The position numbers and the translations under genes were made by a program. The notes under the pieces are model-generated. The model did not search any database, was not told the origin of the DNA, and saw only the letters and a list, made by a program, of their open reading frames with translations. Below are positions 23,301 to 35,362 of a stretch of 64,000 nucleotides of DNA, piece after piece. The stretch comes from Phallusia mammillata (taxonomy: Eukaryota), in assembly GCA_965637545.1 (NCBI GenBank), contig OZ281500.1, forward strand, positions 5,704,001 through 5,768,000. The letters are read 5' to 3'. Position 1 is the first letter of the stretch. Each line of letters opens with the position of its first letter.

Positions 23301-26300
23301 CAGTTTAGATTCAACTATGACAAACGATATGTTTTATTCAACCACTACGTTATATGCTAGTATAAACAACGCGATGATATACGACTGTTGTTTCTTTATA
23401 ACATTGCAAATATTTTGGGATGTGATAGTACAGAAATCGTACTGAACCACAAATGCTCAATCCCGACAATTACGATCAAAAATATCGTCTTACATGCGTT
23501 TTTTGGTCACACTTGAACCAGTCAGTGCCCTTCTTAACATGCAATATTGATTTTTGCGTGACAACTTACCCCTATGGAAACAATGACGGGTGCTTGTAGG
23601 GCCCACCACACAGGAAGACTTTCGTTCAGTTCCCAACACCCTTGATTTGATAATGATAGCCTCAGTGCAGTCCACAGTCCAACTGGTATCCATGGAGCAC
23701 CTGCAAATATATGGATCTTTTAGACTTGTTTGACAAAAGCAAATCTACTTTTAATTGTATCTACGTGATCAGCAAAATTTGTGTAAGTTTGAAAGACAGA
23801 AAAAAGATTACCGTACCCCAACCAAATGCCATAAACATCGGAAAGTATTTATTATCCGCCATCGCAAAGACAAGTAACATCTGCAGGTAAACTCCTTCAG
23901 CAAGAAGCCAGAAGTAGTTGACTATTATCGCGTAATGCATCATGATTATTGATAGCCGACATCCGACCTGAAACAACATTAAAAACCTTGCATAAACATA
24001 GTAAAGTAAGAGTACATAAAATACCAGCACCGTTTAAGGCTTCTTTAATAGCTGTCACCTAAGACCTATGATATAGGTTTTTAGAAGCGGAGTGTTTACA
24101 TGCGGTAGATTCAGCGCCTTGTAAGTACACTCGACTGGGGGAAACGTTGGTGGGACCGTAGCTAAATGGGTCATACAAACTTCCTATGTCAGTTGGTGAA
24201 ATTCAAATTCGTACTCGACAAAACTTCGCGTTATTGCACAGTTGAAACACAATGCCGAGTTTCGTAAGGACGCTGTCGGTCACAAATTTGTTTTTTGTTC
24301 TATTTACAATTGGCTCTTTTGCTAAAAATATTTAAACAGTAACCGGAAAAAGCTACCTGTTTCTCCTTTATCCCATTACGTCATACCTAAAGGTTGATTC
24401 AGTACAAACCACAAATTTTAATTATTGTAAATTAAACGTTTATTTTAGGATACGCTAGACAAAGGAGCAGTGTCCCAGCGGAAAGAAAACCATATTTTAC
24501 TACCCAACTCTGATTTACATACAGATACAAACCCCCATTTGTTTACAATACTCACACAACATACAAATACATATGATGGAATTTTCCGCAATTAATCGTG
24601 TATAGTCCTCAACAATTACCTAAAAACGTGACTTATAAGACCTGAGGGAAATAGATCATTTATGTGATTTTTAAGACCACGCAGGAAATGCTTCGGTGTG
24701 TCTTATCCATCCGGCTAATCGGAGATAGGTGACAGGCACCACTACAAATATAACTCGTTGGGACCATCGAATACAATAGCCTAATAGATTTGGGTATTGT
24801 TGAAAATAAATATAGATTTTTACCATCCAAAAAGCGTGACAAATTAACTATAAACGTTATATTTTAACCACTATTTACAGATCAGTCCCTTTTCCACGGA
24901 GAAAGAACAAAGTAAGATTCACAGGCGAAAAAAAAACGAAATACTTAAATAGTGTAATTTTGTTTCTCGAGTGATTTACAAGTGTTCCGCGACTTCAGTA
25001 TATTCATTTGATTTTTTTAAAATCGCAAAACCGAGCAGTTGTTGCGGTTTAATAACCACTTCAACTTATACAAGGTTTTTAGTTTTGGCAATATTATCAC
25101 TTTACATTGTGGCTTGTATTACCTAACGTTGACAGAATGTATGAAAAATGGATTCTAAAGTGCCAATGATTGTTCTACGAAATAAGCACACTTATAAAAC
25201 TCTTCGCATGCTTAACATTCACGAGAAACACACACAATTGAATAAGAATTTGATAAATGGAATTCATTAGCAATACTATACTCATTCATTTGTATTAATT
25301 TGTGTCGTTTAAATTCGCAAACAAAATCTTGGTGAAATATTAGGGAAAATCTTTGCTGTTAAATTATGGAAAACCTCTGCCGTTGCTGTTGAAAGGAAAT
25401 TAGCTTGGAATATTGCTAGCAGCGTGTGTAGTTAGGCAAACTATTTCGAACTCTTAAAATACAAACGCAAATCCATACTGTATGTATCAGAGGTAGACTG
25501 TTGCGGTAATTGAGTTTTCGTGTTTGTTTTTCGGCCCCTGTCCAATGATTTCAATTATGAAAAACGCCGTCTGTTTAGCGCAAAGCAAAACTCAATAAGG
25601 CGCTAATAACTCTTAAGTCAAATGAAATGCAACAACACTGTGTCGACGTGAAAAATAACTGGCGGTTCAAAAAAATTCACCGTAACATGTCGCTGTATCT
25701 TGCTCCGAATATGCTAATGTCTATGGTGATGTAAATAAGAGAGTTGATGTACAAATCGTTTTATGGTCTTATTCGAAAAGATTCGAAAAATTACGAATTG
25801 AATTGAAATACTATTTGTAATAGATCAAACAAACATCAACCGCGGCTAAAACTGAAAAATCTTGGGACATTAAATATCCAGGATTCTATTTGAATAAGGA
25901 TGGGATGATAAAAAACGTGAATATCAAGGTTTCATTTTGAACAAAAATGCGAAATAGATATAAATATATTCCTTATGTGAGTAATTTTTTCACAATTTTA
26001 GGGAATTTCTTAGGGAGACAAGTATATTTTGTGGTTCAGTTGTTTGTAAATAGTTTTTGCATTTAGGTTTAGGGTTTTCACATTAACCTTTTTTAGGGTT
26101 TAGGGTTTTTACATTAATCGCTTCATAAGGTTCAACACTTTAGTCTACCCATGAGGCTCCGGTGACACCACTTAATATCATTTCTCTCTTTTACCAACTG
26201 GCAAGCAAAAAAAGATTAAAAAATGCTAATTAAAATTTATAGTGCTCGACATATTTCAAGCACTGCTCATTGCATCGTGCTAACTCTGAGCAATCTGCCA

Positions 26301-29300
26301 ATTTCAACAGAGATTTTGGTGCTTACCATAAGACCGCTTATTCCGCCATAATCATCACAGTAAAACTCCATTGAGCCTCCTGAAAGCCTTGATTCGATAT
26401 CATAATGTTCGTCCAGAACTTTATCCTTTACCAGCACAGCGATATATCGGAGGATGAACGATATCATTAGGTTGATGTGTATGTAGTTGCGCGTACAATG
26501 TAGCTTTCTGTAAAATACACAAACGCTCACATTTAGTTTTCTTTGCATTTTCGTAGGAAGCAAAAACCAGGCAACTTCTGTCCTTGTACTGAGTTTGATT
26601 AAAGCTAAGCTATTTGACGAATCAGTTTTGCAGGTCCAAAAAGACACCAAGCATTGAACAAAATTATATGCGAAAGAATTTGAGAAAATGCGGGTTTCTG
26701 CATGTTTCTACCTGATATAAATTGCATAATTCGTTTTCAGCACACTGGAAGCTGTTGGTTGGTTGTGGCGTTAAGTCACGTGAAAAAAACAACTTACACA
26801 CACAGATGCCTTCGGGTGGGTGCAGCCATTTTGATAGCCTGATATCTCTTACAATATAACGCACGAACTGTAGTCAGACAAAGTACGACGGTTACGAACA
26901 GTGCAAGCAGCGTTTTTTTGGCGGCGAAACTACACTAACGTGTACTAATCCTTTGACGAAAAAGCAACAAGAGAAACTGGTCTATTTCATATGAACCTGA
27001 TGTGCCCGTTTGTAGAACATTCTTCGGCAGAATCAAGCCGCGTTGTACGTCAAAGCAAGCTTAACTCATGGCCGATAATTTGCATGCGCTAAGGATTAAC
27101 TGGATCAAAGCGCGTTGCAAAGAATTTGCGGTTTTCAATTCAGCTAAACCGTAACCAATTTGATACAAGTTGTATTTTCAGCAGGCTTTGAAAACAGAAC
27201 TACAACGACAAAAATCATATCTTTAAAAGTAAGAAAAATTTCAATCAGTTTTTTTGCTTCTTTAGTTTAATAAGTTGAAAAAGCAAAAAAAATAATTAAA
27301 ACACAAAAGCAAAAAATGTTTTTAACACCTTTGAGTTTTGACAGTCCTTTAATCTTGATTTTTAGTTTTACATTTTTCATGACAGAAACGCTGTATGCAT
27401 ACTTAATACAACTTTTGTTGAAAAGCAATGCAAAAATGTTGTGGTTTCGCCTGTGACCTTGCTGCTGTTTAATATAAATTAGAGAAGACACCCTTATTAA
27501 AAATCCCAGTAACTTCAGATCAAAAAAAGTTTACGACTCGATCGACCAATTTCAAGACAGATCTATGCCCTCAATATCAGACCTAAAGCAGTGGTTTTCA
27601 AACCAGTGGCACGCCCGAGAATTTCAGGTGGTACTCGAGTAGCCTTATTTTTTTCTTAATTCAAGTCGAATCAAGAATTGACCTGAATTGACACAACTGA
27701 TCAGCCCAGGTTTCGGGTGACACCCATGTCTTACGCATTCTTTAGGAAGTTCTATCCAGGCTGGTTTTAGAAATATAATAGAGTCAAGAAGAATAGGCCT
27801 ATCTCTTGGTCTACCCTTTCAAACAGGGTTTAGGTGGTACGCAGCGACATAAAAACTCGTCAGGTGGTACGCAATCAGTGCAAGGTTGAGAACCACTGGC
27901 CTTAAGCCATTCGTCAGGTGGCAGACATTTTTTTCTGATATGACATCACGGATATTTCGTCACCGAATTCTGGTTATGCCCTCGAGGCATAAAGTGTCGA
28001 CCACTGGACATTTAAAAATTATGCTGTTTATTTTTGCCATTTGATTAAAACTTACTTGAAAAAGGCAAGAAGGAAAAGAGCCACTGTCAGACAAACGAGT
28101 GATATTGCGTATCCCGTTGTGTACACGATGGTAAGAACTCGAACCAGTGTTTGCTGCAGAAATAAAACGCATGTTAGGAAAATGTTGGTTAACAAAATTG
28201 CATAGGAAACCACAGGGTCCTTACATAAACCTTGTAAATTAGGTGCTGCAGAAATAAAACGCATGTTAGGAAAATGTTGGTTAACAAAATTGCATAGGAA
28301 ACCACAGGGTCCTTACATAAATCGTTTTTTTACCGTGGGAATAAGTTCCTTTGGCACCACTAAACAAACGCATGATTTGTAGATCGAAAATAGTAGATGT
28401 AACTTGAAAAGCATAGGTCATACGGTTTTTTTGGTTACATTTCAACCGCAACCACGATTACAGGTTAAAAGCTCGGGAGTTAAGTAATGTATTTTGAACT
28501 TTTACAAACCAATTGCATAAGTGGCCGAAACCGCAAACCAAAAGCCTTATCAAACTTTTTAAGGTCACCTCGTAAGCCAAGCACTAACTCTAATAATCCG
28601 AATCGCAACGATAGAATCCAGCTGATCATATTTTTCGGTATTAGTTTTGCAATAATTGCGAGATTATCGTCCGAAATTAAGTGTTAACGTCAGGCCTTGA
28701 ACCACGCAATTACGGTTTGACACGTGTCATTATAACAGCAGCAAAAAGCGATCGTCCCAGAAATACTGCGACTGCAAACATTTTAATCCAAAATGCGTGC
28801 GGATCGTAATATCGTCGCCAACATTTATTCTGCAAACTTTCGAACCACTTAAATAGAGGAGAAAAATGGGCGTTGTTCGTAGACAAAACGGTGAAAGGTC
28901 TTTTCATGTGCGACTTTTGATGTGGGTGGCCAATGAATGCTCGGGATCAGCAAAAGGAATCAAGGAGGATCAATAGCCTTTGGCAAGGAAAGTTGAATCG
29001 GATTTTCGCAGTTCCCAACCGCGTGAAAACGATATGCACTCTGTTGACTCGCAAATATTTACACGTACCTGAGTATTTTCTGCAAGCTTTCAATAAAATA
29101 AACGGCATTTTTGGCTGATTTTTGCATACCGTCTGCTGAACGCAAAGGTCAAACGGCGGCGCCTGTCCGATGAAGGCGATTGCTATTTTCAAATAGATGA
29201 CTAACGTTTTCTGCACGTTGGCTTGAAAAGCATGACTAACGCGGAATCTGCTTTCCGCTTACCTACCGCGCTGTTTATTGCAGTGTATATATTGTGGCGA

Positions 29301-32300
29301 CGTTTTAGACCAAAGGGTCAAGTACGCACAGTTTTTTTGTCATCGTGATTAATGAAACGTCGCATGTCAAAATCCAGCGAAAGCAAAATTTTACATGCAC
29401 AAAACCGCGACCCAAAGAAATCCAAAGATTACCACCTCTTTCCACATAACTTGGGTTAAAGCCCTTAAAACGATTTTGGCGTTTTTTGTGATTAGACAGC
29501 ATTATGCAGACGGTAAAAAAAATATGCAGTGTTTTCACCATATGAATTAGAAAGTACACCTTTTCGGCATTTTTTTCATTAAAAATGCACGTAACACTTA
29601 AACACATTAGATATGAGACACTTACCACTTGCTGAACTTCACTAGATTCTTCGCCTATTGGGGTTTGTTGCGACAGAGGATTACAATTGGCTACGTGCTG
29701 CCACGTGATTAGTTCTCCATCGACCACGTGGGAGAACCACGAACCGTTAGGCTGGCACATACGAAAGCTCTTCAGCGTTTCTGTCAAAGAAAAATGCAAA
29801 AAAAGTTAAAAAAAAGTTTAACGTTAAAATTCGTTATACATCAATAATTTTGTATGTATAACACTAGTTCTAGTATTTTGTTCCTAAAGTATACCCGTGC
29901 ATCAGAACGCATAACGTAACCAACCACTGAGTTTTGCGAAAAGACATATCAGGACATAGTAAAAGCTTGTGGATTTGTTTCTCGAAATCACCTTTGTTCG
30001 AAGGAAACAAATTCAGATAGCGCTTTTGCGTATTTACCACAAATTTCAGCAAACTATTAACCCTTTCATTTTTACAATGAACAATACATTGTTCACGGAA
30101 TCAAGCATTCTAAATTCCTTTCTTGTGAAACAACAAAATTTAAAAAACAATACATTCGTTTGTCAGGTTACAGTTTTTATTATTTGTATTATAAATTTTA
30201 TTTGAGCAGAAGGATACTATTAAGTTTTAAATTTATAGTTATATTTGTGAAAAGTTGAATAGCTAAAGCGTACATGCTTTTTCAACATAAAGTTAAGTAA
30301 TGACTGTGATAACCAACTTAAAGCAACCTCCATCGATCTTGGTTAAGATTTATGTCAAACAAAAGCCAAATAAAGGTTTTAGAAACGAGTGAGGCGCACT
30401 TGTAAACAGAAAAGGATTAAAAGGACGAATGTATTATTTTTATACATTTAACAGTAAGAGCTAACGGAATGCGAAACGCTTAAATTCCGAAAAGTAATTT
30501 GATATTACATCATAAAAACTTTAAGTCTGGAATTTGTTTAGTACTAAAAAAAGTAACAGACTTTCTCAGAAAAAAAACGAAGAATGTCCAAAAGTTTCAA
30601 CGTAACATTTAAATGTTTTTTTGGCAAAATTACAATCTAGGAAGTTTGAACACAGGTATATTTGAACGAAGGATTAACCGGTATCCTGAAACTAAACTGA
30701 AAAAAAAAACTGTATTAATCAGTGTATTCTGGGAGATAAACATAAAATTTGTTGATTCAATTCACGCACATACGTGTATAAATGTGAGGAACATATTTTA
30801 AAATACTTTACAAAAAAGTTTCGAGCGCTGAAGTTTTAGCGCACACGTCAGCATTTTTGAGGCTTGTTGTTCAACTAAAGCTATTTACTTGTGTCGATAT
30901 CTCTTCAGCCCACGACAAGTTTAAATCCAGATTAGAGAAGGCAAATGGCGAACGTTTGTCTGGTTTAATTCCGCGAATATACCACCACGCTACTAGCGCA
31001 GGTGGTTTCCACCGTCAAACTAATGTTTGGATAAAACATTTAAACCGCAATCGTGAAACGCGAAAGATCAAAGCTAAAAGTTTGTAGTTGGAATTTTATT
31101 TGACCAAACTGTAACGAAAAAAATTCCTCTAAAACAGGGTTCAACACGTTACTAGCAACACGAGTTTCTGAATGGCATTGTACAAAGAAAAAAAATACCA
31201 AAAAATTCTTTACAAAAATAATAAAACAACCTTTGGTTTAGCTACATTTATCACAAGCTTCCAACTAACAAAAAAGTAAGAGATTTTATTGAAAAGTTTA
31301 TGTGTTGTATTGACCTGCTATTTCTGGTTTTTGGCAACGTAGCATTACTGACAGTTTAAACAGACCCGTTCTTGAAACGAACTGTTGTGTCTGATGGTGA
31401 CTTCAGAAATCTTACCGTTTTTCCATGGAATAAATTCTGGACAGTTTTCATATGAAAGACCAGGTCTGGCATGATTCCAACACACATATCCATCAAAATC
31501 GCCCCTGCACCAAGTCTCTGCAAAAGCAAATACATTCGGTTGCAACCCAAAACAAACAACGCAATTGTTAAATAAAAAGTTGCAAGAGCCCAAAACACAA
31601 CAAATAACAAAAACATTTGTCAGAAAAACAACGCACACGAGCATATAGGCAATTTTTTGTAAGACACTAGTTGGCTAAAATTTGCGCTGAAATGACTGTT
31701 TTTTTTCAGTCTTCGTAAAACTTCACTTTACCGTTTGCAGGAAGCAGTGCAGCAGTTTCGTTGAGTTTCTGCAGACAATCTCTCTTGTAGTCCAAGTAAT
31801 GGCACATCATCTCCTGAATATCTTTAGGGGTTGCCTGCAAAATAAACAAACTACGTGTAAACCATGTGCAGTATTCTATTTTCCAAAATCTACTTTTCAT
31901 AGATAAGACAAAAAACTAAAAACTTCACACTAACAATACGCAAAAGTATCTTAACTTTTAGCACACCCATAAAGTTGACTCGAACACCAGGGTATTTCCC
32001 GGGTCACAGTCGTGACTGATTCTTTCATTTCCTGTGACCGAAACATAGGTCGTTACGACCAAACAAATTATGTTCTGTTTGTTAGTGGCCCAGGTTGCAA
32101 GCTGGGCTAAATTCGTGACGTTGTCTCGCATGGAAAAACGGCAGGAGTGCTTGAAAATGTGCCCGTACCCGGAAGGTAGTTAAGGGCCAGCCTGGGTCAA
32201 ATCACCGGGTCAACGAAATGTCACGAAGCTCAAGTTACCATGGGGACACTGCTGCTCCATTATGCCTCGTTACCAGGCAAGAAGTTTAGGTTTACATTGC

Positions 32301-34733
32301 TTGATTTTGAAGTAAACCAGAAACTGGTTAAATCGGGCCAAAGGTGCTGGTGCTTTAAAGGCAAAGGTAGTTAACAGAATCTCAGAACTTTTATACACCG
32401 TATTTTAGACGGACCAATGCGGTCGTCCACCAATGACTGTCCGACTATGCACCTGGGATTTGTGCAGTTAGGTTTGGTATAATTTCTCTACAAGCGGAAA
32501 ACTAAGTCATTTCTTGCAAGTGCCTGTGCAACGCAAGTCCGTTCACGTTACGCGCGTAAACAAGAAATATTTTTTAAGCCAGGTGAAATCTGTTGTGTAC
32601 AAAACCATTTTTTTGAACGATCACAAACAAGAATATACCGAAAGCCCTAAATAAACAACTTGAAGCCACCCATGGTGTCTCCCAGACAAACAACATTTGG
32701 TTGTTAGTTTGTGAAATGGTATTCTGCAAACCACCTGCGACCACTTGTTGTTAAGGAATGTACATTTGAAACAAGATCCTTTCTTAAGAGTCTTTTGTCC
32801 GATTACTGCACTGTTTACTGTTGACTCGTACACCAAACAACCGTATCAACGAGTTACGTAGCAGTTACTCGAAAAAAATCGATTATCATGGTGTTTTTAA
32901 ATTAGAGTAACGAACGTCGATAAGTTTTGGCCTAGGGTATCGTCTTGTGACAGCCATACGGCGTCGTTGTATTGACAAAAGAGCCAAAAGCTGTCGCGAT
33001 TGCGCAAAAACGACACATGTTTCGCATCCCACAGGTTTTGGCGTCGACACACCGGGTCCTAGTGGCGTCATGGGGCGTCTTGGAAGGACAAAACCGCCCC
33101 ATTTTTAGTGATAGCAAAGTTAGCATTGTAACCGATACGTCACAAAACGAGTGTTGTTACGTCATTGGCCGATAAGCACCGGAAAAAAGAGGACGCCAAT
33201 ATTTGCAAGTACTTGTTTTTGTTTTTTTTATTGGAAAAACTCGTTATAAACACATATTAAAGTGATACAATGTTTTTCACCACAACAAGAGTGCACAACT
33301 CTTTCGCTGGTTGCATCACAAGTTTTTGTTTTACCTAATGCCTAAAACAAAGTTTAGCGCGTACGTCTACTTAGCTTGCAATGCGAACGTTGCGGTTCTT
33401 TTTTCATTCCAAAACTGTCTTCAAGCACAGAGACACATCAAGCAAAAGTGGTTCTATCAAAACGCGGTTGCCGGTGTCTATATTTTAAAACGTGGCCTCG
33501 TAATTCTGTTTGATTTGTGTTTAACAAGTGGGTTCATCCATGCTGCAGTATACCGCATAATGCTCTTAAGGATTAACAAACCTTTATAGCTCCAACATAA
33601 AATAGTTCTACAAAAAGAGAAACTTTACACTAAATAATCCTGATGAATAGGATTTTCGATCACCAATCTATAGAGACAAACCATCGCAGTATCAAACAAT
33701 AGCCAAGGCTCTCAAATTCGTTGCATGGAAACAAACGTTGGTAGCACGAGAGTGTAAAAAATAGAGTCGAGCAATTGTAGAAACAAAACAGCTAAAGCAA
33801 CACGTACCAGGATTGGACAATGTTGAACCCTTTTCACACGCCCAGTGACGTTTTACTACGTCTCCATGCACTGGTAACAAAACAAAATACCTATGTGATG
33901 TGTCATGCTATGGCTGCGGCCGTTTCGTCGGCCGATTTGCGTGCTATGAGTTATCGTGCCTCGGCTATTCCTGGCAAAAGCTTCTGCATTATTTGCAAAA
34001 CCAGCAAACCACAGCGCAGCATTAGTACGGCAAAAGCAATACTCTATACAAGGAATTTCCTACATCATAAAAGATTCGCAATACTAAGGATCAGGTTTTT
34101 TTAAGGTTTGGTTTGGGTGACCGCTAAGTAGTTTTAAGAGACCGCAAGTGTTTCATTTAAATACCAAAAAATAGCCATATTTGCTTAAACGAACTATTTA
34201 TTAGGCTACTGGCAAATTTTGGGAAACCGCTGGAGAAATCTGGAAACCTTAAAAAAAACACTGCTAAGGATCATTTGTTGAACACTGCTAAGGTCATGTC
34301 AGCGCTTAAATCAAAGTGTTTTTTCGTAACAAAAGTAAAAAGTCCGAAAAGATGTACCAACCATGTTCAACACAGAATTATAAACATTTGTGTTACCTTA
34401 ATGAGCAAACTGTTACTTTGTTAAGTATATTAGGCAAACTGCCGTAAATAGAGCTATAATGGCAACTTGTTTATGTTGTTTCCTAAACACCAAATCTTGT
34501 GCATTTGTTAAAGATTTTGGGAATTAGTTTTTTCTAAGTTTTCCGTACTCACATCTATTTCTTCCTCTGGCATATACCTTTCGAAGTCAATGTCCGGGTA
34601 ATCCCCAGTCAAAGTCTCGTTGTAAAGAATTTCAAAGTCGGGAACAGACATACTTAGGTTTTCACAATAAATATAGCCTAAATGCTGCCACAAGTGAAAT
34701 AGCTGAGACACGGCATCTCTGCAAAATACTCAT
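20346..34733 (-). CDS. Class B1 (secretin-family) G protein-coupled receptor, glucagon-receptor-group-like (~554 aa if the exon at 34.6 kb is corrected by 1 nt)
   Basis: Secure phase-consistent exons: 31834-31732, 31517-31416, 29780-29626, 28153-28056, 26507-26327, 23967-23817, 23700-23570, 22105-21872, 20675-20346 (TAA). Hormone-binding ECD (DC..WC..FDGYVCW..NCP..RMCQPNGSW..NC) and class B 7TM motifs VYTTGYAISL, KLHCTRNYIHINL, NYFWLLAEGVYL, FGWGAP, GCW, INFLIFINIIRIIVSKLRA, DYKYRLARSTLALIPLLGIHY, SLQGMLIAVLYCFLNGEVQ. Candidate first exon 34733-34553 is 181 nt and out of frame by +1 (see findings), so the 5' coordinate is less certain than the body. Confidence 0.9.
27589..27898. mobile_element. 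hAT-Charlie-type MITE, 310 bp, GPCR intron between the TM1 and TM2 exons
   Basis: TIR cagtggttttcaaacc / ggttgagaaccactg; flanks acctaaag and gccttaag (6/8 match); internal ggtggtac repeats. Confidence 0.8.
28152..28321. repeat. 78-bp perfect direct repeat (period 92) duplicating the GPCR TM1-exon splice acceptor
   Basis: 28152-28229 is identical to 28244-28321; both copies end on the minus strand in gcgttttatttctgcag|CA. Confidence 0.95.
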
Positions 34734-35020
34734 TTTATACACTACCTGTGTGCAAAATTCTAAAGCTTTTTACAGAAACAAACTTTTTAAAGCTGGTTTT
34801 GCATGTACATTTACTCCTTTCGATTCAAAAGAGGTAAATAAAACTTGATGTTTTATTGGTAACTGTTATAGTAAAGTTGTAAACAAGTTGCATAATCATA
34901 AGAATATATGAGAACTTTATTTCTATCACAAAAAAATTACGAGTTAACTGAATTGCAGAAGGTCCTCATTGGCAGCCAGTGTTGACCTTTAGACTATCAG
35001 CCTGTCACTACTTCAGGTGC

Positions 35021-35031
35021 TCTATATATAA
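35021..35031 (-). promoter_or_regulatory. Candidate TATA box of a proximal GPCR promoter
   Basis: Minus strand reads ttttTATATATAGAgc about 290 bp upstream of the ATG at 34733, with a plausible 5'-UTR intron (donor near 34941, acceptor cacag| at 34746). Confidence 0.35.
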
Positions 35032-35324
35032 AAATGTTCGTGTCGCTGGCGCCTTTTTTTCGCTTTCGACGGTTTGTAGAAACATGGCGACGATTAACGA
35101 AACTTGCATGACCTCACGGCGCATGAGCGCCAGACCTATCAGCAGTAGACAAAAATACCAAGCAGAGACGCCTGCACAACCGAAATTCGAAAAAGCACAC
35201 AAACAGCGGTATACACAAAATCCTCTTATTTATGTAAGAAAGGTCTTGCAGCAATAAGTCGAGCATGATTAGGCCGCCAGTGCATGTTATAATCACTTGT
35301 TTGTATGACAAAGAACTGGGCGAC

Positions 35325-35362
35325 TGAGTTCAATGTACAAAATGTGAGTTCAATGTACAAAA
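35325..35362. repeat. Short tandem duplication (period 20)
   Basis: tgagttcaatgtacaaaa at 35325-35342 and 35345-35362. Confidence 0.9.

Noticed and set aside
24152-24220. tRNA/SINE-head-like segment with an A-box (TAGCTAAATGG)
   Set aside because: The B-box and T-arm are degenerate and no cloverleaf forms; at most an old SINE relic. Similar weak relics at about 41465-41560 and 58060-58100.
26069-26105. TTAGGG motifs
   Set aside because: Only three interrupted copies; not an interstitial telomere array.
35008-35202. Hydrophobic ORF (VSAWYFCLLLIG) as the GPCR signal-peptide exon
   Set aside because: No in-frame ATG before the hydrophobic stretch and a weak donor (AG|gtctgg); less parsimonious than the 34733 or 40025 starts, though not excluded.
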